Assembly (NCBI GenBank): GCA_016178055.1
Contig: JACOUC010000036.1
Location: 9-64,008, forward strand
Reading direction: 5' to 3'
Length of the DNA stretch: 64,000 bases
Source of the DNA: Chlamydiota bacterium
Lineage (GTDB): Bacteria; Auribacterota; JACPWU01
Shown here piece after piece: positions 22,248 to 30,579 of the stretch. The position numbers and the translations under genes were made by a program. Under the pieces are notes generated by a model. The model saw only the letters and a list, made by a program, of their open reading frames with translations. It did no database searches and was not told the origin of the DNA. Each line of letters starts with the position of its first letter. Position 1 is the stretch's first letter.

Positions 22248-24209
22248 ATGATCGCATTTCATAAAGAAATTCTAAAGAACTATGATCGGGCCTCTAAACG
22301 AGAATGGGTCGTCACCAATGGCCTGGGCGGTTACGCCTCTTCGACCATCTGTGGCGCCAATACTCGCCGATATCACGGCCTCCTGGTTGCAAGTATAGAG
22401 CCCCCCACCAACCGCATGGTCATTCTCTCTAAAGTAGAGGAAACCATTCACATCGATGGAAAATCCTATGATCTTTCTTGCAACAAATTTCCTGAAACCA
22501 TTCATCCGATGGGTCATCAACATTTAGAACTTTTTTCTTTTGAATTCTACCCCAAATTCATTTACTCCGTTGATGGGGTTCGACTCGAAAAAAATGTTTA
22601 TATGATTTTTGAAAAGAATGCGACAATTATTTTTTATCGCCTGCTTGAGAGTCCTAAACCGATTAAACTCAGTCTCATGAGTTTTGTGGCTTGTCGAAGA
22701 TTCCATGAACTCACCCATGAGAATCCTTTCTTTAATCCCAAAGTCGAATGTCAAGAGGGCCTACTCAGACTGAAGCCCTACAAAAATGCCCCGATGATTC
22801 ATTTCTTTTTTAGCCCTGCGCAATTTGCCGATAACCCATTATGGTATCAAAATTTTGAATATGAAAAGGAATACCGTCGAGGCCTGGATTATCGTGAAGA
22901 TTTATTTACCCCTGGCGACTTAACGTTTGACATCGCTCCGGGAGGCTCCTGTTTCCTGATTGTTTCAACCGACGAGCTTTCATCCTCAGATCTTCTTCAG
23001 GCAGAATTTAAAGAAACAGAACGAAAAAAACTGATTCTAAAAAATTGCAATAAAGACGATAAGCTTGCCTTTTCCCTCTTCTTGGCGGCAGATACTTTTC
23101 TTGTCCAAAGAGGAGAAAAAGGTTCTGCCTCTGTCATTGGGGGATATCACTGGTTTAGTGATTGGGGGCGTGACACCATGATCAGCCTTCCCGGACTTAC
23201 CTTAGCGACAGGTCGATTTGACCTTGCAAAAAGCATTCTCACCACCTATTCAAAATATTGTTCACAGGGAATGCTCCCGAACCGATTTCCTGATGAAGGA
23301 AAAGAGCCTGACTACAACACCGTCGATGCAACCCTGTGGTTTTTTAATGCGATCTACCAATATTTTCTTTATACCGGCGATGAAATTTTTATTCGCTCGA
23401 CGCTTTTTCCTGTTCTTAAAGATATGATTCACTGGCATGAACAGGGAACCCGCTATCAAATTCACGTGGAAGAGGACGGTCTTCTTTTTGCAGGAGAAAA
23501 AGGCAGCCAATTGACTTGGATGGATGCAAAAATTGGTGACAATGTCATCACTCCCCGTGTAGGGAAAGCCGTTGAAGTGAACGCCCTTTGGTATAACGCC
23601 CTCAAAATCATGGAATTTTTTTCCGATCGATTTGGTTTTCTCCCACTCAGAGACCATTATAGCTCAATGGCCGACCTGGCAAAAAAAAGTTTTAACCACC
23701 TCTTTTGGAATCCCGAACTCGAATGCCTCTATGATGTTATTCAAGAAAATCAGGGAGATCCGTCGATTCGCCCCAATCAAATTTTTTCAATCAGCCTTCC
23801 CTTCCCTATTCTTAAAACAGAGCACCATCGTCCCGTTTTAAAAATCATTGAACAAGAACTCCTCACCCCTTATGGGCTTCGAAGTCTCTCCCCTCAAAAT
23901 CCAAAATACACAGGAAAATATTCCGGTAACGCCATTGTCCGTGACAAATCTTATCATCAAGGAACCGTTTGGCCCTGGCTCTTGGGGCCCTATGTTACTT
24001 CTTTTTTAAAAGTCCATGGTCGTACGGGCCGCACCCTTGATAAAGTCAAAGAAATGCTTGAACCTTTTCGGGATCATCTTTATGAAAATGGCATTGGAAC
24101 CATCTCCGAACTCTTTGATGGAGACGCACCCCATGAGCCCAATGGATGCATTTCTCAGGCCTGGAGTGTTGCAGAAATTTTGAGAGTCGTTGTGGAAGAA
24201 CTGAAATAA
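22248..24209 (+). CDS. Glycogen debranching enzyme (amylo-alpha-1,6-glucosidase family)
   Basis: 653 aa. It has GGYASSTICGANTRRYHGLL, GYHWFSDWGRDTMISLPGL and the C-terminal QAWS motif typical of the archaeal/bacterial GDE family. Confidence 0.85.
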   Translation: MIAFHKEILKNYDRASKREWVVTNGLGGYASSTICGANTRRYHGLLVASIEPPTNRMVILSKVEETIHIDGKSYDLSCNKFPETIHPMGHQHLELFSFEFYPKFIYSVDGVRLEKNVYMIFEKNATIIFYRLLESPKPIKLSLMSFVACRRFHELTHENPFFNPKVECQEGLLRLKPYKNAPMIHFFFSPAQFADNPLWYQNFEYEKEYRRGLDYREDLFTPGDLTFDIAPGGSCFLIVSTDELSSSDLLQAEFKETERKKLILKNCNKDDKLAFSLFLAADTFLVQRGEKGSASVIGGYHWFSDWGRDTMISLPGLTLATGRFDLAKSILTTYSKYCSQGMLPNRFPDEGKEPDYNTVDATLWFFNAIYQYFLYTGDEIFIRSTLFPVLKDMIHWHEQGTRYQIHVEEDGLLFAGEKGSQLTWMDAKIGDNVITPRVGKAVEVNALWYNALKIMEFFSDRFGFLPLRDHYSSMADLAKKSFNHLFWNPELECLYDVIQENQGDPSIRPNQIFSISLPFPILKTEHHRPVLKIIEQELLTPYGLRSLSPQNPKYTGKYSGNAIVRDKSYHQGTVWPWLLGPYVTSFLKVHGRTGRTLDKVKEMLEPFRDHLYENGIGTISELFDGDAPHEPNGCISQAWSVAEILRVVVEELK

Positions 24210-24214
24210 AGCCT

Positions 24215-24245
24215 ATTTCGAATCTCGGATTTCGAATTTCGAATT
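24215..24245. repeat. Left heptamer-repeat arm of the four-helix-bundle cassette
   Basis: ATTTCGA ATCTCGG ATTTCGA ATTTCGA ATT. Its reverse complement shares an 18-19 nt perfect core with 24617..24649. Confidence 0.8.
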
Positions 24246-24255
24246 GAAAAACAAA

Positions 24256-24618
24256 ATGAATTCTCAAGAGTTAAAAACGAGGACTAAACTGTTTGGACTT
24301 AAAATCATTCTTTTGGTTGAAAAATTGCCACGTTCAAAAACATTGGATATTATAAATCGTCAACTTCTACGCTCTGCAACATCCATCGGGGCAAATTATA
24401 GAGCTGCATGTCGTGCAAGATCCAAAGCGGATTTTGTGTCAAAAATTGGCATTGTCGAAGAAGAATCCGATGAATCAGTTTATTGGCTTGAATTGCTTAT
24501 AGAAACTAAGCTGGTTACTGATACCCAAATACATGTCTTGCTTAAAGAAGCAAACGAGTTAACAGCGATCTTTACCGCAACAGGAAGAACTACAAAAGAA
24601 AAACAGAAAAATGAATAA
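24256..24618 (+). CDS. Four-helix-bundle protein (23S rRNA intervening-sequence protein family)
   Basis: LPRSKTLDIINRQLLRSATSIGANYRAACRARSKADFVSKIGIVEEESDESVYWLELL fits the family pattern. ATG at 24256; the track start 24244 is a TTG inside the repeat arm. Confidence 0.8.
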   Translation: MNSQELKTRTKLFGLKIILLVEKLPRSKTLDIINRQLLRSATSIGANYRAACRARSKADFVSKIGIVEEESDESVYWLELLIETKLVTDTQIHVLLKEANELTAIFTATGRTTKEKQKNE

Positions 24619-26113
24619 ATCCGAGATTCGAAATCCGAAATCCGAAATCAAGAGGCTTTCCCTCGAATCCCTTGCCCAAAATGCCCTCGATGAGGCTATT
24701 TCGCTTGGAGCTTCCTACGCCGATGTCCGATTAATTGAATCCACCAGCCGAAATCTGGCCACCAAAAATGGAGTTCCAACCAGTTTGGATATTGAAGAAT
24801 CGCAAGGCCTAGGAATCAGGCTTCTTTATCATGGGGCCTGGGGATTTGCGGCTACGCATGATCTTTCAAATGAAAATGTATTACGGACAGCCTTTAAAGC
24901 CATTAAAATTGCTAAGGCCAGCGCCCTCACAAAAAAAGAGCCTGTTCGACTGGCCGAAGAAAAACCGATTCAAACAGAATGGTCCAGCCCCTTCTCCATC
25001 GATCCTTTTTCAGTTCCTATTGAAGAGCAACTTAATTTTTTATTACAAATCGATGAAGAAATCAGAAAAACCAAAGGGATCAGCATCTCTGAAACATCCA
25101 TGCATTTTCATAAAGAACACAAACTTTTTCTCTCGAGCGAAGGAAGCCGTATTCTCCAGCACTTTATCACCAGTGGAGCAGGGTTTGTTGCGATGGCTTT
25201 TCGAGATGGAGAATTGCAAAAACGTTCTTACCCTAATTCCTTTGGGGGACAATACCAAAAAAAGGGTTATGAGCTCATTCAAGAGCTAGAACTTCTCAAA
25301 AACGTTCCAAGAATCGCTGAAGAAACCGTTCGCCTTTTAGATGCCCCCAGTTGCCCTGTTGGAGAAAAGGATCTCATTTTAGACAGCTCTCAACTCGGTC
25401 TTCAAATCCATGAATCGGTTGGACACCCTATTGAGCTCGATCGAGTGCTCGGAAGTGAGGCCAATTACGCCGGAAAAAGTTTTCTTACGCTAGATCAATT
25501 AAAAACCCTTCAGTACGGATCCCCTATTGTTCACGTCGTCGCTGACGCTAGACTTTCACATGGTCCAGGTCTCGGCACGTTTGGCTATGATGATGAGGGC
25601 GTCCCTGCACAAGGAACGGATATTATTCGAGAGGGACAATTTGTAGGCTATCTCTCCTCTCGCGAGACCGCTCAAGATATCGGCGAAACACGCAGCAATG
25701 GAACCATGCGAGCTGAAAGCTGGAATCGGATTCCATTAATCCGCATGACCAATATTAGCCTCATGCCAAAAAATTGGGACTTTGAAAACTTAATTGCAGA
25801 CACAAAAGATGGAATTTATTTAGAAACAAATCGAAGCTGGAGCATTGATGATCGTAGGCTCAATTTTCAATTTGGAACTGAAATAGGATGGGAAATTAAA
25901 AATGGCAAGAAGATGAATAGGGTCAAAAACCCAATTTATTGGGGAATCACACCCGAATTCTGGAACGCCTGCGATGCCATTTGTAGTGATCGATATTGGA
26001 CGCTCTGGGGAACTCCCAATTGTGGCAAAGGACAACCCTGCCAAACCATGGGAACAGGTCACGGTTCTAGTCCAGCTAGGTTTCGCGGGATAAAGGTTGG
26101 AGCCAGTCATTGA
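24611..26113 (+). CDS. tldD: TldD-family metalloprotease
   Basis: 500 aa. The HESVGHPIELD (HExxxH) motif and overall TldD/PmbA architecture are present, and it pairs with the PmbA-like gene downstream. The only in-frame start lies inside the cassette arm. Confidence 0.8.
   Translation: MNKSEIRNPKSEIKRLSLESLAQNALDEAISLGASYADVRLIESTSRNLATKNGVPTSLDIEESQGLGIRLLYHGAWGFAATHDLSNENVLRTAFKAIKIAKASALTKKEPVRLAEEKPIQTEWSSPFSIDPFSVPIEEQLNFLLQIDEEIRKTKGISISETSMHFHKEHKLFLSSEGSRILQHFITSGAGFVAMAFRDGELQKRSYPNSFGGQYQKKGYELIQELELLKNVPRIAEETVRLLDAPSCPVGEKDLILDSSQLGLQIHESVGHPIELDRVLGSEANYAGKSFLTLDQLKTLQYGSPIVHVVADARLSHGPGLGTFGYDDEGVPAQGTDIIREGQFVGYLSSRETAQDIGETRSNGTMRAESWNRIPLIRMTNISLMPKNWDFENLIADTKDGIYLETNRSWSIDDRRLNFQFGTEIGWEIKNGKKMNRVKNPIYWGITPEFWNACDAICSDRYWTLWGTPNCGKGQPCQTMGTGHGSSPARFRGIKVGASH
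24617..24649. repeat. Right heptamer-repeat arm of the four-helix-bundle cassette
   Basis: AAATCCG AGATTCG AAATCCG AAATCCG AAATC. Translated as the first residues of TldD (KSEIRNPKSEI). Confidence 0.8.
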
Positions 26114-26119
26114 CAAGAA

Positions 26120-26178
26120 GATCTATAAACGCGGATCTAACGCAGATCTATAAACGCAGATCAAATGCGGATCTATTT
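26120..26178. repeat. Left repeat arm of the GxxExxY cassette
   Basis: Tandem GATCTATAAACGCG / GATCTAACGCA / GATCTATAAACGCA / GATCAAATGCG units, complementary to the right-arm units GATCCGCGTTT. Confidence 0.75.
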
Positions 26179-26655
26179 ATGGCTATAGAAGAAAAATTGC
26201 TGTATCAGGAGATTACATATGAGATTAGAGGAGCGTGTTTCTGGATATGGAAGGAATTCGCAAGTGCATTCAAAGAATCTATCATTGATAAAGCCCTCAC
26301 GGAGGAACTCAAGAAAAGGGGACTTAAGGTTGATAACCAAAAACACATAGACATTTTCTACAACAAAAAGAAAGTAGGAACTTATATTCCTGATAAAGTT
26401 ATCAATGATTGTGTGCTCGTTGAACTCAAAAGAAAACCTTTTTTACTACGGCAAGATAAAGAACAATTGTGGCATTATTTAAAAGGATCCGAATACAAAT
26501 TGGGTTTGCTAATCAACTTTGGAGAAAACGAACTAGAGTTTGAACGCATCGCCTACGACACTAAAAGAAGATCAAAGAGAGATCAGCGCCAGATCCGCGT
26601 TGCAGATCCGCGTTTGATCCGCGTAGTAGATCCGCGTTTGATCCGCGAACAATGA
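26179..26655 (+). CDS. GxxExxY protein (PD-(D/E)XK-like family)
   Basis: MAIEEKLLYQEITYEIRGACF... and LGLLINFG are typical of the GxxExxY family. The C-terminal 25-30 aa (IRVADPRLIRVVDPRLIREQ) are read from the right repeat arm. The track start 26110 is a TTG. Confidence 0.75.
   Translation: MAIEEKLLYQEITYEIRGACFWIWKEFASAFKESIIDKALTEELKKRGLKVDNQKHIDIFYNKKKVGTYIPDKVINDCVLVELKRKPFLLRQDKEQLWHYLKGSEYKLGLLINFGENELEFERIAYDTKRRSKRDQRQIRVADPRLIRVVDPRLIREQ
26581..26650. repeat. Right repeat arm of the GxxExxY cassette
   Basis: Five units of (CA)GATCCGCGTTTG type. The arm ends at the ATGA stop/start overlap with pmbA. Confidence 0.75.
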
Positions 26656-27992
26656 AAATACTCAAAGAGAAATCTGAACAAGTTTTTGATACGGTTTTCA
26701 AAACCAGTCAGGCTGATGAAACTGAAATTCATTTTAACTGGATCACCCATGCCCTCACCCGGTTTGCCAATAACGAGATTCATCAAAATATGGGGGACGA
26801 AGATATTGAAGTTTCGATTCGTTCATCCTTTGGAAAAAAAACGGCTCGGGTCACTACGAATAAAACGGACATGGAATATCTCAAAAAAATGACCCAGTTG
26901 TCAAATCATCTGGCTTCCCTAACCCCTGAGGATCCCGACCTTCTTCCCATGCCAGGGCCCCAAACTTATCCCACAGTGAAACACGCTTATGAAAGAACAG
27001 ATCACATCAAAGCTGAAACCAGAGCTCGTGCGGTTTCAGTCCCCATCAAAATCGCACAACTAAAAAATCTGACTTGCGCAGGTATTTTCGCAAATGATCT
27101 CACACGTCATGCCCTTGGAAATTCCAAAGGACTTCGAGCCTATTCTGAGGAAACCTACGCTGTTTTTTCAACCACCATGATGGATAACAAACTAGGTTCA
27201 GGTTGGGCAAAAATGGGTCACCCCGATTCTACTCAAATCCCCGTCGAAACCTTGGCCTTACAGGCTTCTGAAAAAGCTATTTTAAGTAAGAATCCGATTG
27301 ATATTTCTGCAGGTGCTTACACCGTGATTCTCGAACCCTCTGCTGTGCTTGATCTCCTTGAATTCATGCTTCTTGATTTTGGAGGACTTTCCGTTTTAGA
27401 ACAAAGGAGTGCCTTTACAGAAAAATTGGATAAAAAAATTTTTGGTTCAAATATTACTTTTAAGGATGATATTTATCACCCCTTACAATCAGGAGCCCCC
27501 TTTGACGGTGAAGGATTTCCAAAAAAGCAAATTGAGTTGGTCCAAAATGGCATTTTAAAAAATTTGGTCTATAGCCAATCAAGCGCTCTTCGCTCTCAAA
27601 AAAAGCCTACAGGCCATGGATTTCCGGTTCCCAACGCTTATGGAGAAGCACCCATGAATTTCGTCATGAACGGGGGAAACTCCTCCCTCAAGCAAATGAT
27701 TGAAGGAACGGATCGAGGGCTTCTCATGACTCGTTTCTGGTATATCCGTGAAGTCGATCCCATGCAAAAAATCTTGACGGGAATGACAAGAGATGGGACT
27801 TTTTTAATTGAAAATGGCGTTTTAAAATCGGCCGTTAAAAATTTAAGATTCAACGAAAGCTTATTTCATCTATTAAATAATGTGGTTGAATTAGGACCCA
27901 GTGTCCGTGCCTCTGGAGAGGAAGGAATGGATATGATTGTCCCTGCTTTAAAAGCGAACGATTTTCACTTTACAAGCAGTACTAAATATTAA
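26652..27992 (+). CDS. pmbA: PmbA/TldE-family protein (TldD partner)
   Basis: 446 aa with the TldD/PmbA-family fold pattern but no HExxxH motif. It lies downstream of tldD. Confidence 0.75.
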   Translation: MKILKEKSEQVFDTVFKTSQADETEIHFNWITHALTRFANNEIHQNMGDEDIEVSIRSSFGKKTARVTTNKTDMEYLKKMTQLSNHLASLTPEDPDLLPMPGPQTYPTVKHAYERTDHIKAETRARAVSVPIKIAQLKNLTCAGIFANDLTRHALGNSKGLRAYSEETYAVFSTTMMDNKLGSGWAKMGHPDSTQIPVETLALQASEKAILSKNPIDISAGAYTVILEPSAVLDLLEFMLLDFGGLSVLEQRSAFTEKLDKKIFGSNITFKDDIYHPLQSGAPFDGEGFPKKQIELVQNGILKNLVYSQSSALRSQKKPTGHGFPVPNAYGEAPMNFVMNGGNSSLKQMIEGTDRGLLMTRFWYIREVDPMQKILTGMTRDGTFLIENGVLKSAVKNLRFNESLFHLLNNVVELGPSVRASGEEGMDMIVPALKANDFHFTSSTKY

Positions 27993-27994
27993 TA

Positions 27995-28226
27995 AAATCC
28001 AAAATTTAAACATCAAAAATCAAAATGACATCTCAAAATCCAAAATATATCTATGTCATAGATCATGAAATCATTTTAAATTTTAATATGTCATTTTGAT
28101 TTTTGTCATCATGAACTTTCAGTCCACCCAAGTGGATGAAAATTGAGTTCCTCCCCTTTGGGGTACAAAGGAGGGAAATAGCCAGTAACAACGTCTCATT
28201 TTCATGACTGAATTTTGATTTTTGGA
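27995..28226. repeat. Intergenic inverted-repeat element with AAAATCA-type heptamer arms
   Basis: CATCAAAAATCAAAATGAC (28010..28028) pairs with GTCATTTTGATTTTTG (28091..28106). A further copy GAATTTTGATTTTTGG lies at ~28210..28225. There is an internal hairpin CCTCCCCTTTG-GGGTA-CAAAGGAGGG. Confidence 0.55.
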
Positions 28227-28242
28227 ATATCGAAAGGATACT

Positions 28243-29085
28243 ATGTTTTACTCTAAAACTAAAATGTCTCTTAAACTCGCCCACAGTCCCGACGCCGATG
28301 ACGCATTCATGTTTTACGGTCTAGCCAAAGGTTTTGTTCCGTCTGAAGAAATTGAATTCACACATATCTTAAGCGATATCGAAACCCTTAATCAAAAAGC
28401 CAAAGAAGGGATTTATGAAGTCACCGCCCTTTCAGTCCATGCCTATCCTTATGTCAGCGACCGCTATAACATTTTAAAATCTGGCGCAAGCATTGGAGAT
28501 AACTATGGCCCCCTTTTAGTCGCTCGAGAAAAAATGAGCATTGAAGATCTTAAATGGAAAATCATTGCGGTTCCCGGAACCCTGACCACAGCTTATCTTG
28601 CTCTTAAACTTTTTGACCGAAATATTCGAACCAAAATCATTCCTTTCAATCAAATTATTGCAGCCGTGGAAAAAAAAGAAGTGGATGTTGGCCTGATCAT
28701 TCATGAAGGACAGCTTACATTTTCAAAAAATGGCCTTCATAAAATTTTAGATTTAGGAGTTTGGTGGAACGAAACAACCGGACTTCCTCTTCCCCTCGGA
28801 GTGAACGGAATTCGAAAAGATTTAGAACCCTCTCTTCAGAAAAAAATCGCCCGTCTTATTAAAGAAAGTATTTGTTATTCACTTTCCCATCGAAAAGAAG
28901 CGGTAGAGTACGCCCTTCAATTTGCTCGTGGAATGGATCCCGTCCTTGCGGATAAATTTATTGGCATGTATGTGAACGACGACACCATTGAAATGAGCGA
29001 GCAAAGCCAAAAAGCCATTGACGTCCTTCTCACTAGAGCCTTTGAGGAAGGATTAATCCTCCAAAAAAAATTAGAATATATCTAA
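28243..29085 (+). CDS. MqnA/MqnD-family menaquinone (futalosine pathway) protein
   Basis: LKLAHSPDADDAFMFYGL and a periplasmic-binding-like architecture typical of the MqnA/MqnD family. Start set at ATG 28243 (AAAGGA upstream); the track start 28222 is a TTG. Confidence 0.65.
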   Translation: MFYSKTKMSLKLAHSPDADDAFMFYGLAKGFVPSEEIEFTHILSDIETLNQKAKEGIYEVTALSVHAYPYVSDRYNILKSGASIGDNYGPLLVAREKMSIEDLKWKIIAVPGTLTTAYLALKLFDRNIRTKIIPFNQIIAAVEKKEVDVGLIIHEGQLTFSKNGLHKILDLGVWWNETTGLPLPLGVNGIRKDLEPSLQKKIARLIKESICYSLSHRKEAVEYALQFARGMDPVLADKFIGMYVNDDTIEMSEQSQKAIDVLLTRAFEEGLILQKKLEYI

Positions 29086-29244
29086 TATAACTCCCTTTTT
29101 AGCAATGAGTTATCGATGTTCAAAACTGTTTAATGTCAGGATTCATTTTCCCTTGACATCGCCCACTCAGCAGCGTGAGAATGGGGGTAAGAGGTCTTAT
29201 AAAGAGACCTTGTGGTGTTAGTAAAAGCAGAATAAAGCAAGGTT

Positions 29245-29345
29245 ATAGCCCGATAAAGGCAAACTATTCGAAAGAATGGGGCGCAAAGTTACAGATCCGA
29301 AGATTTTGAGTTCGTGAATCGTATAACATTCCACGAGTCAGGAAC
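29245..29345 (+). promoter_or_regulatory. c-di-GMP-I (GEMM-I) riboswitch aptamer
   Basis: 29258..29288 reads GGCAAACTATTCGAAAGAATGGGGCGCAAAG. This matches the core of the V. cholerae Vc2 aptamer as I recall it (GGCAAACCAUUCGAAAGAGUGGGACGCAAAG) at 28 of 31 positions. Two of the three differences keep the GAAA-capped stem paired. A second hairpin follows. Confidence 0.7.
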
Positions 29346-29403
29346 CCAGAGTCAGGGTGGCTGAACTGCCAAAGGCTGTGAACTTAGAGTTCCTTTGTGC
29401 ACA

Positions 29404-29435
29404 CCTGTTCTTCGAATAGAAGAACAGGTTTTTTT
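29404..29435 (+). terminator. Intrinsic terminator (riboswitch expression platform)
   Basis: CCTGTTCTTC-GAATA-GAAGAACAGG followed by TTTTTTT, 22 nt upstream of the pseudopilin ATG. Confidence 0.8.
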
Positions 29436-29456
29436 ATGGGCACGAAGAGGAACTCT

Positions 29457-30494
29457 ATGAAAAAGCGACGGGTCAAAGAATTTAGTCTGGGATTCAGTCT
29501 GATCGAAGTTGTTTCAGGCATTGCGATTATTCTAAGCATTGCAGGACTTCTCTTATCTGCAATTACATCCGCACGAGAAAAAGGACTCCAAGCAAAATGC
29601 ATCAGCAACCAGAAGAATTTAACCGCAGCGCTCATCATGTATGCTGTCGACCATGAAAATTTTCCGACAGAACTTGCCCAACTAAAATTATCCCCTCTCC
29701 AAAAAGAACGTCTATCTGGAGCATGGGTTTACGCTGATTCTTCCGTACCATTTTACTACGACTTACAATTTGGAGTCACTCAATGTCCTAAGGTACAAGG
29801 TAAAATTACAGATCCAACACCCACTTACTCCTATGGAATTAATGAATGGGTTCAAGGAAAAAGTCTAAGCCTTATTACGAACCCTTCCGAAACCATCGTC
29901 ACCTCTGACAGTCTTAACAAGGCCGCTATCTCAAGCGTCCAGGATGTCGACCCTCGCCACATGGGAGGAGCCTTTGCCGGCTTTGCGGACGGCCATGTAG
30001 AGTTAGTCAAATTCTCTCAACTTGAAACCTTTTTCACTTCAAGTGACACATCCTCTTCTTTAAACACGACTGACACTTTCCCCTCTCTTCCTGAAGGGGA
30101 TACAACAGGCGGCATTCTTTTTTACCGTGGCGGGGTCCCCACTGAGGAACCAGTAGCCGATGAGAATGAAGATGTTGAAGACAATGATGACTCTGCTGAA
30201 AGTGAAGACAGCCCTCCTTCAGACGAAGATGAAACAGAAGGGAAAAATTCTGAAGATGAAAATGAAGATGAAAATATTGAAGAACCCATCGAAGAAAATG
30301 ACGAAGAAGATCTTGAGGATCCTACTAAAGACGAAGAAGACCTTGAGGATACCGAAAATGATGATGATTCGGGAGAGGCTCACGATAATAACGGACATGG
30401 CAATAATGAGGACCACGATGACGAAGACAATCCTGGTCAAGGTAATGGAGATCACGGACATGACCACGACGAAGATACCGAGGACCTCCCATGA
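29457..30494 (+). CDS. Prepilin-type N-terminal cleavage/methylation protein (H-X9-DG / DUF1559-like pseudopilin) with an acidic His-rich tail
   Basis: MKKRRVKEFSLGFSLIEVVSGIAIILSIAGLL is a class III signal. H-MGGAFAGFA-DG is the H-X9-DG motif. The last ~120 aa are a D/E/H/N low-complexity tail. Confidence 0.8.
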   Translation: MKKRRVKEFSLGFSLIEVVSGIAIILSIAGLLLSAITSAREKGLQAKCISNQKNLTAALIMYAVDHENFPTELAQLKLSPLQKERLSGAWVYADSSVPFYYDLQFGVTQCPKVQGKITDPTPTYSYGINEWVQGKSLSLITNPSETIVTSDSLNKAAISSVQDVDPRHMGGAFAGFADGHVELVKFSQLETFFTSSDTSSSLNTTDTFPSLPEGDTTGGILFYRGGVPTEEPVADENEDVEDNDDSAESEDSPPSDEDETEGKNSEDENEDENIEEPIEENDEEDLEDPTKDEEDLEDTENDDDSGEAHDNNGHGNNEDHDDEDNPGQGNGDHGHDHDEDTEDLP

Positions 30495-30579
30495 TGGCAT
30501 CGATGATGACGAGATGGGAGGAGGAAACAAAAGTGGAGATGATGAGGATACTACTTCTAAAGGAAAGAAAAAATGAGTG

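Noticed and set aside
28063-28284. 73-aa minus-strand ORF in the pmbA/mqn intergenic region
   Set aside because: It runs through the inverted-repeat element and overlaps the mqnA/D-like start. No start signals or motifs are present.
29153-29182. Possible promoter TTGACA-N17/18-(T)GAGAAT upstream of the riboswitch
   Set aside because: The -35 box is perfect but the -10 box is weak. It is plausible but not strong enough to list as a feature.
30160-30576. 138-aa alternative-frame ORF and the antisense 30219..30530 ORF over the pseudopilin tail
   Set aside because: These are artefacts of the GAnGAn low-complexity tract, which is open in several frames. The pseudopilin frame is continuous with a bona fide N-terminal domain.
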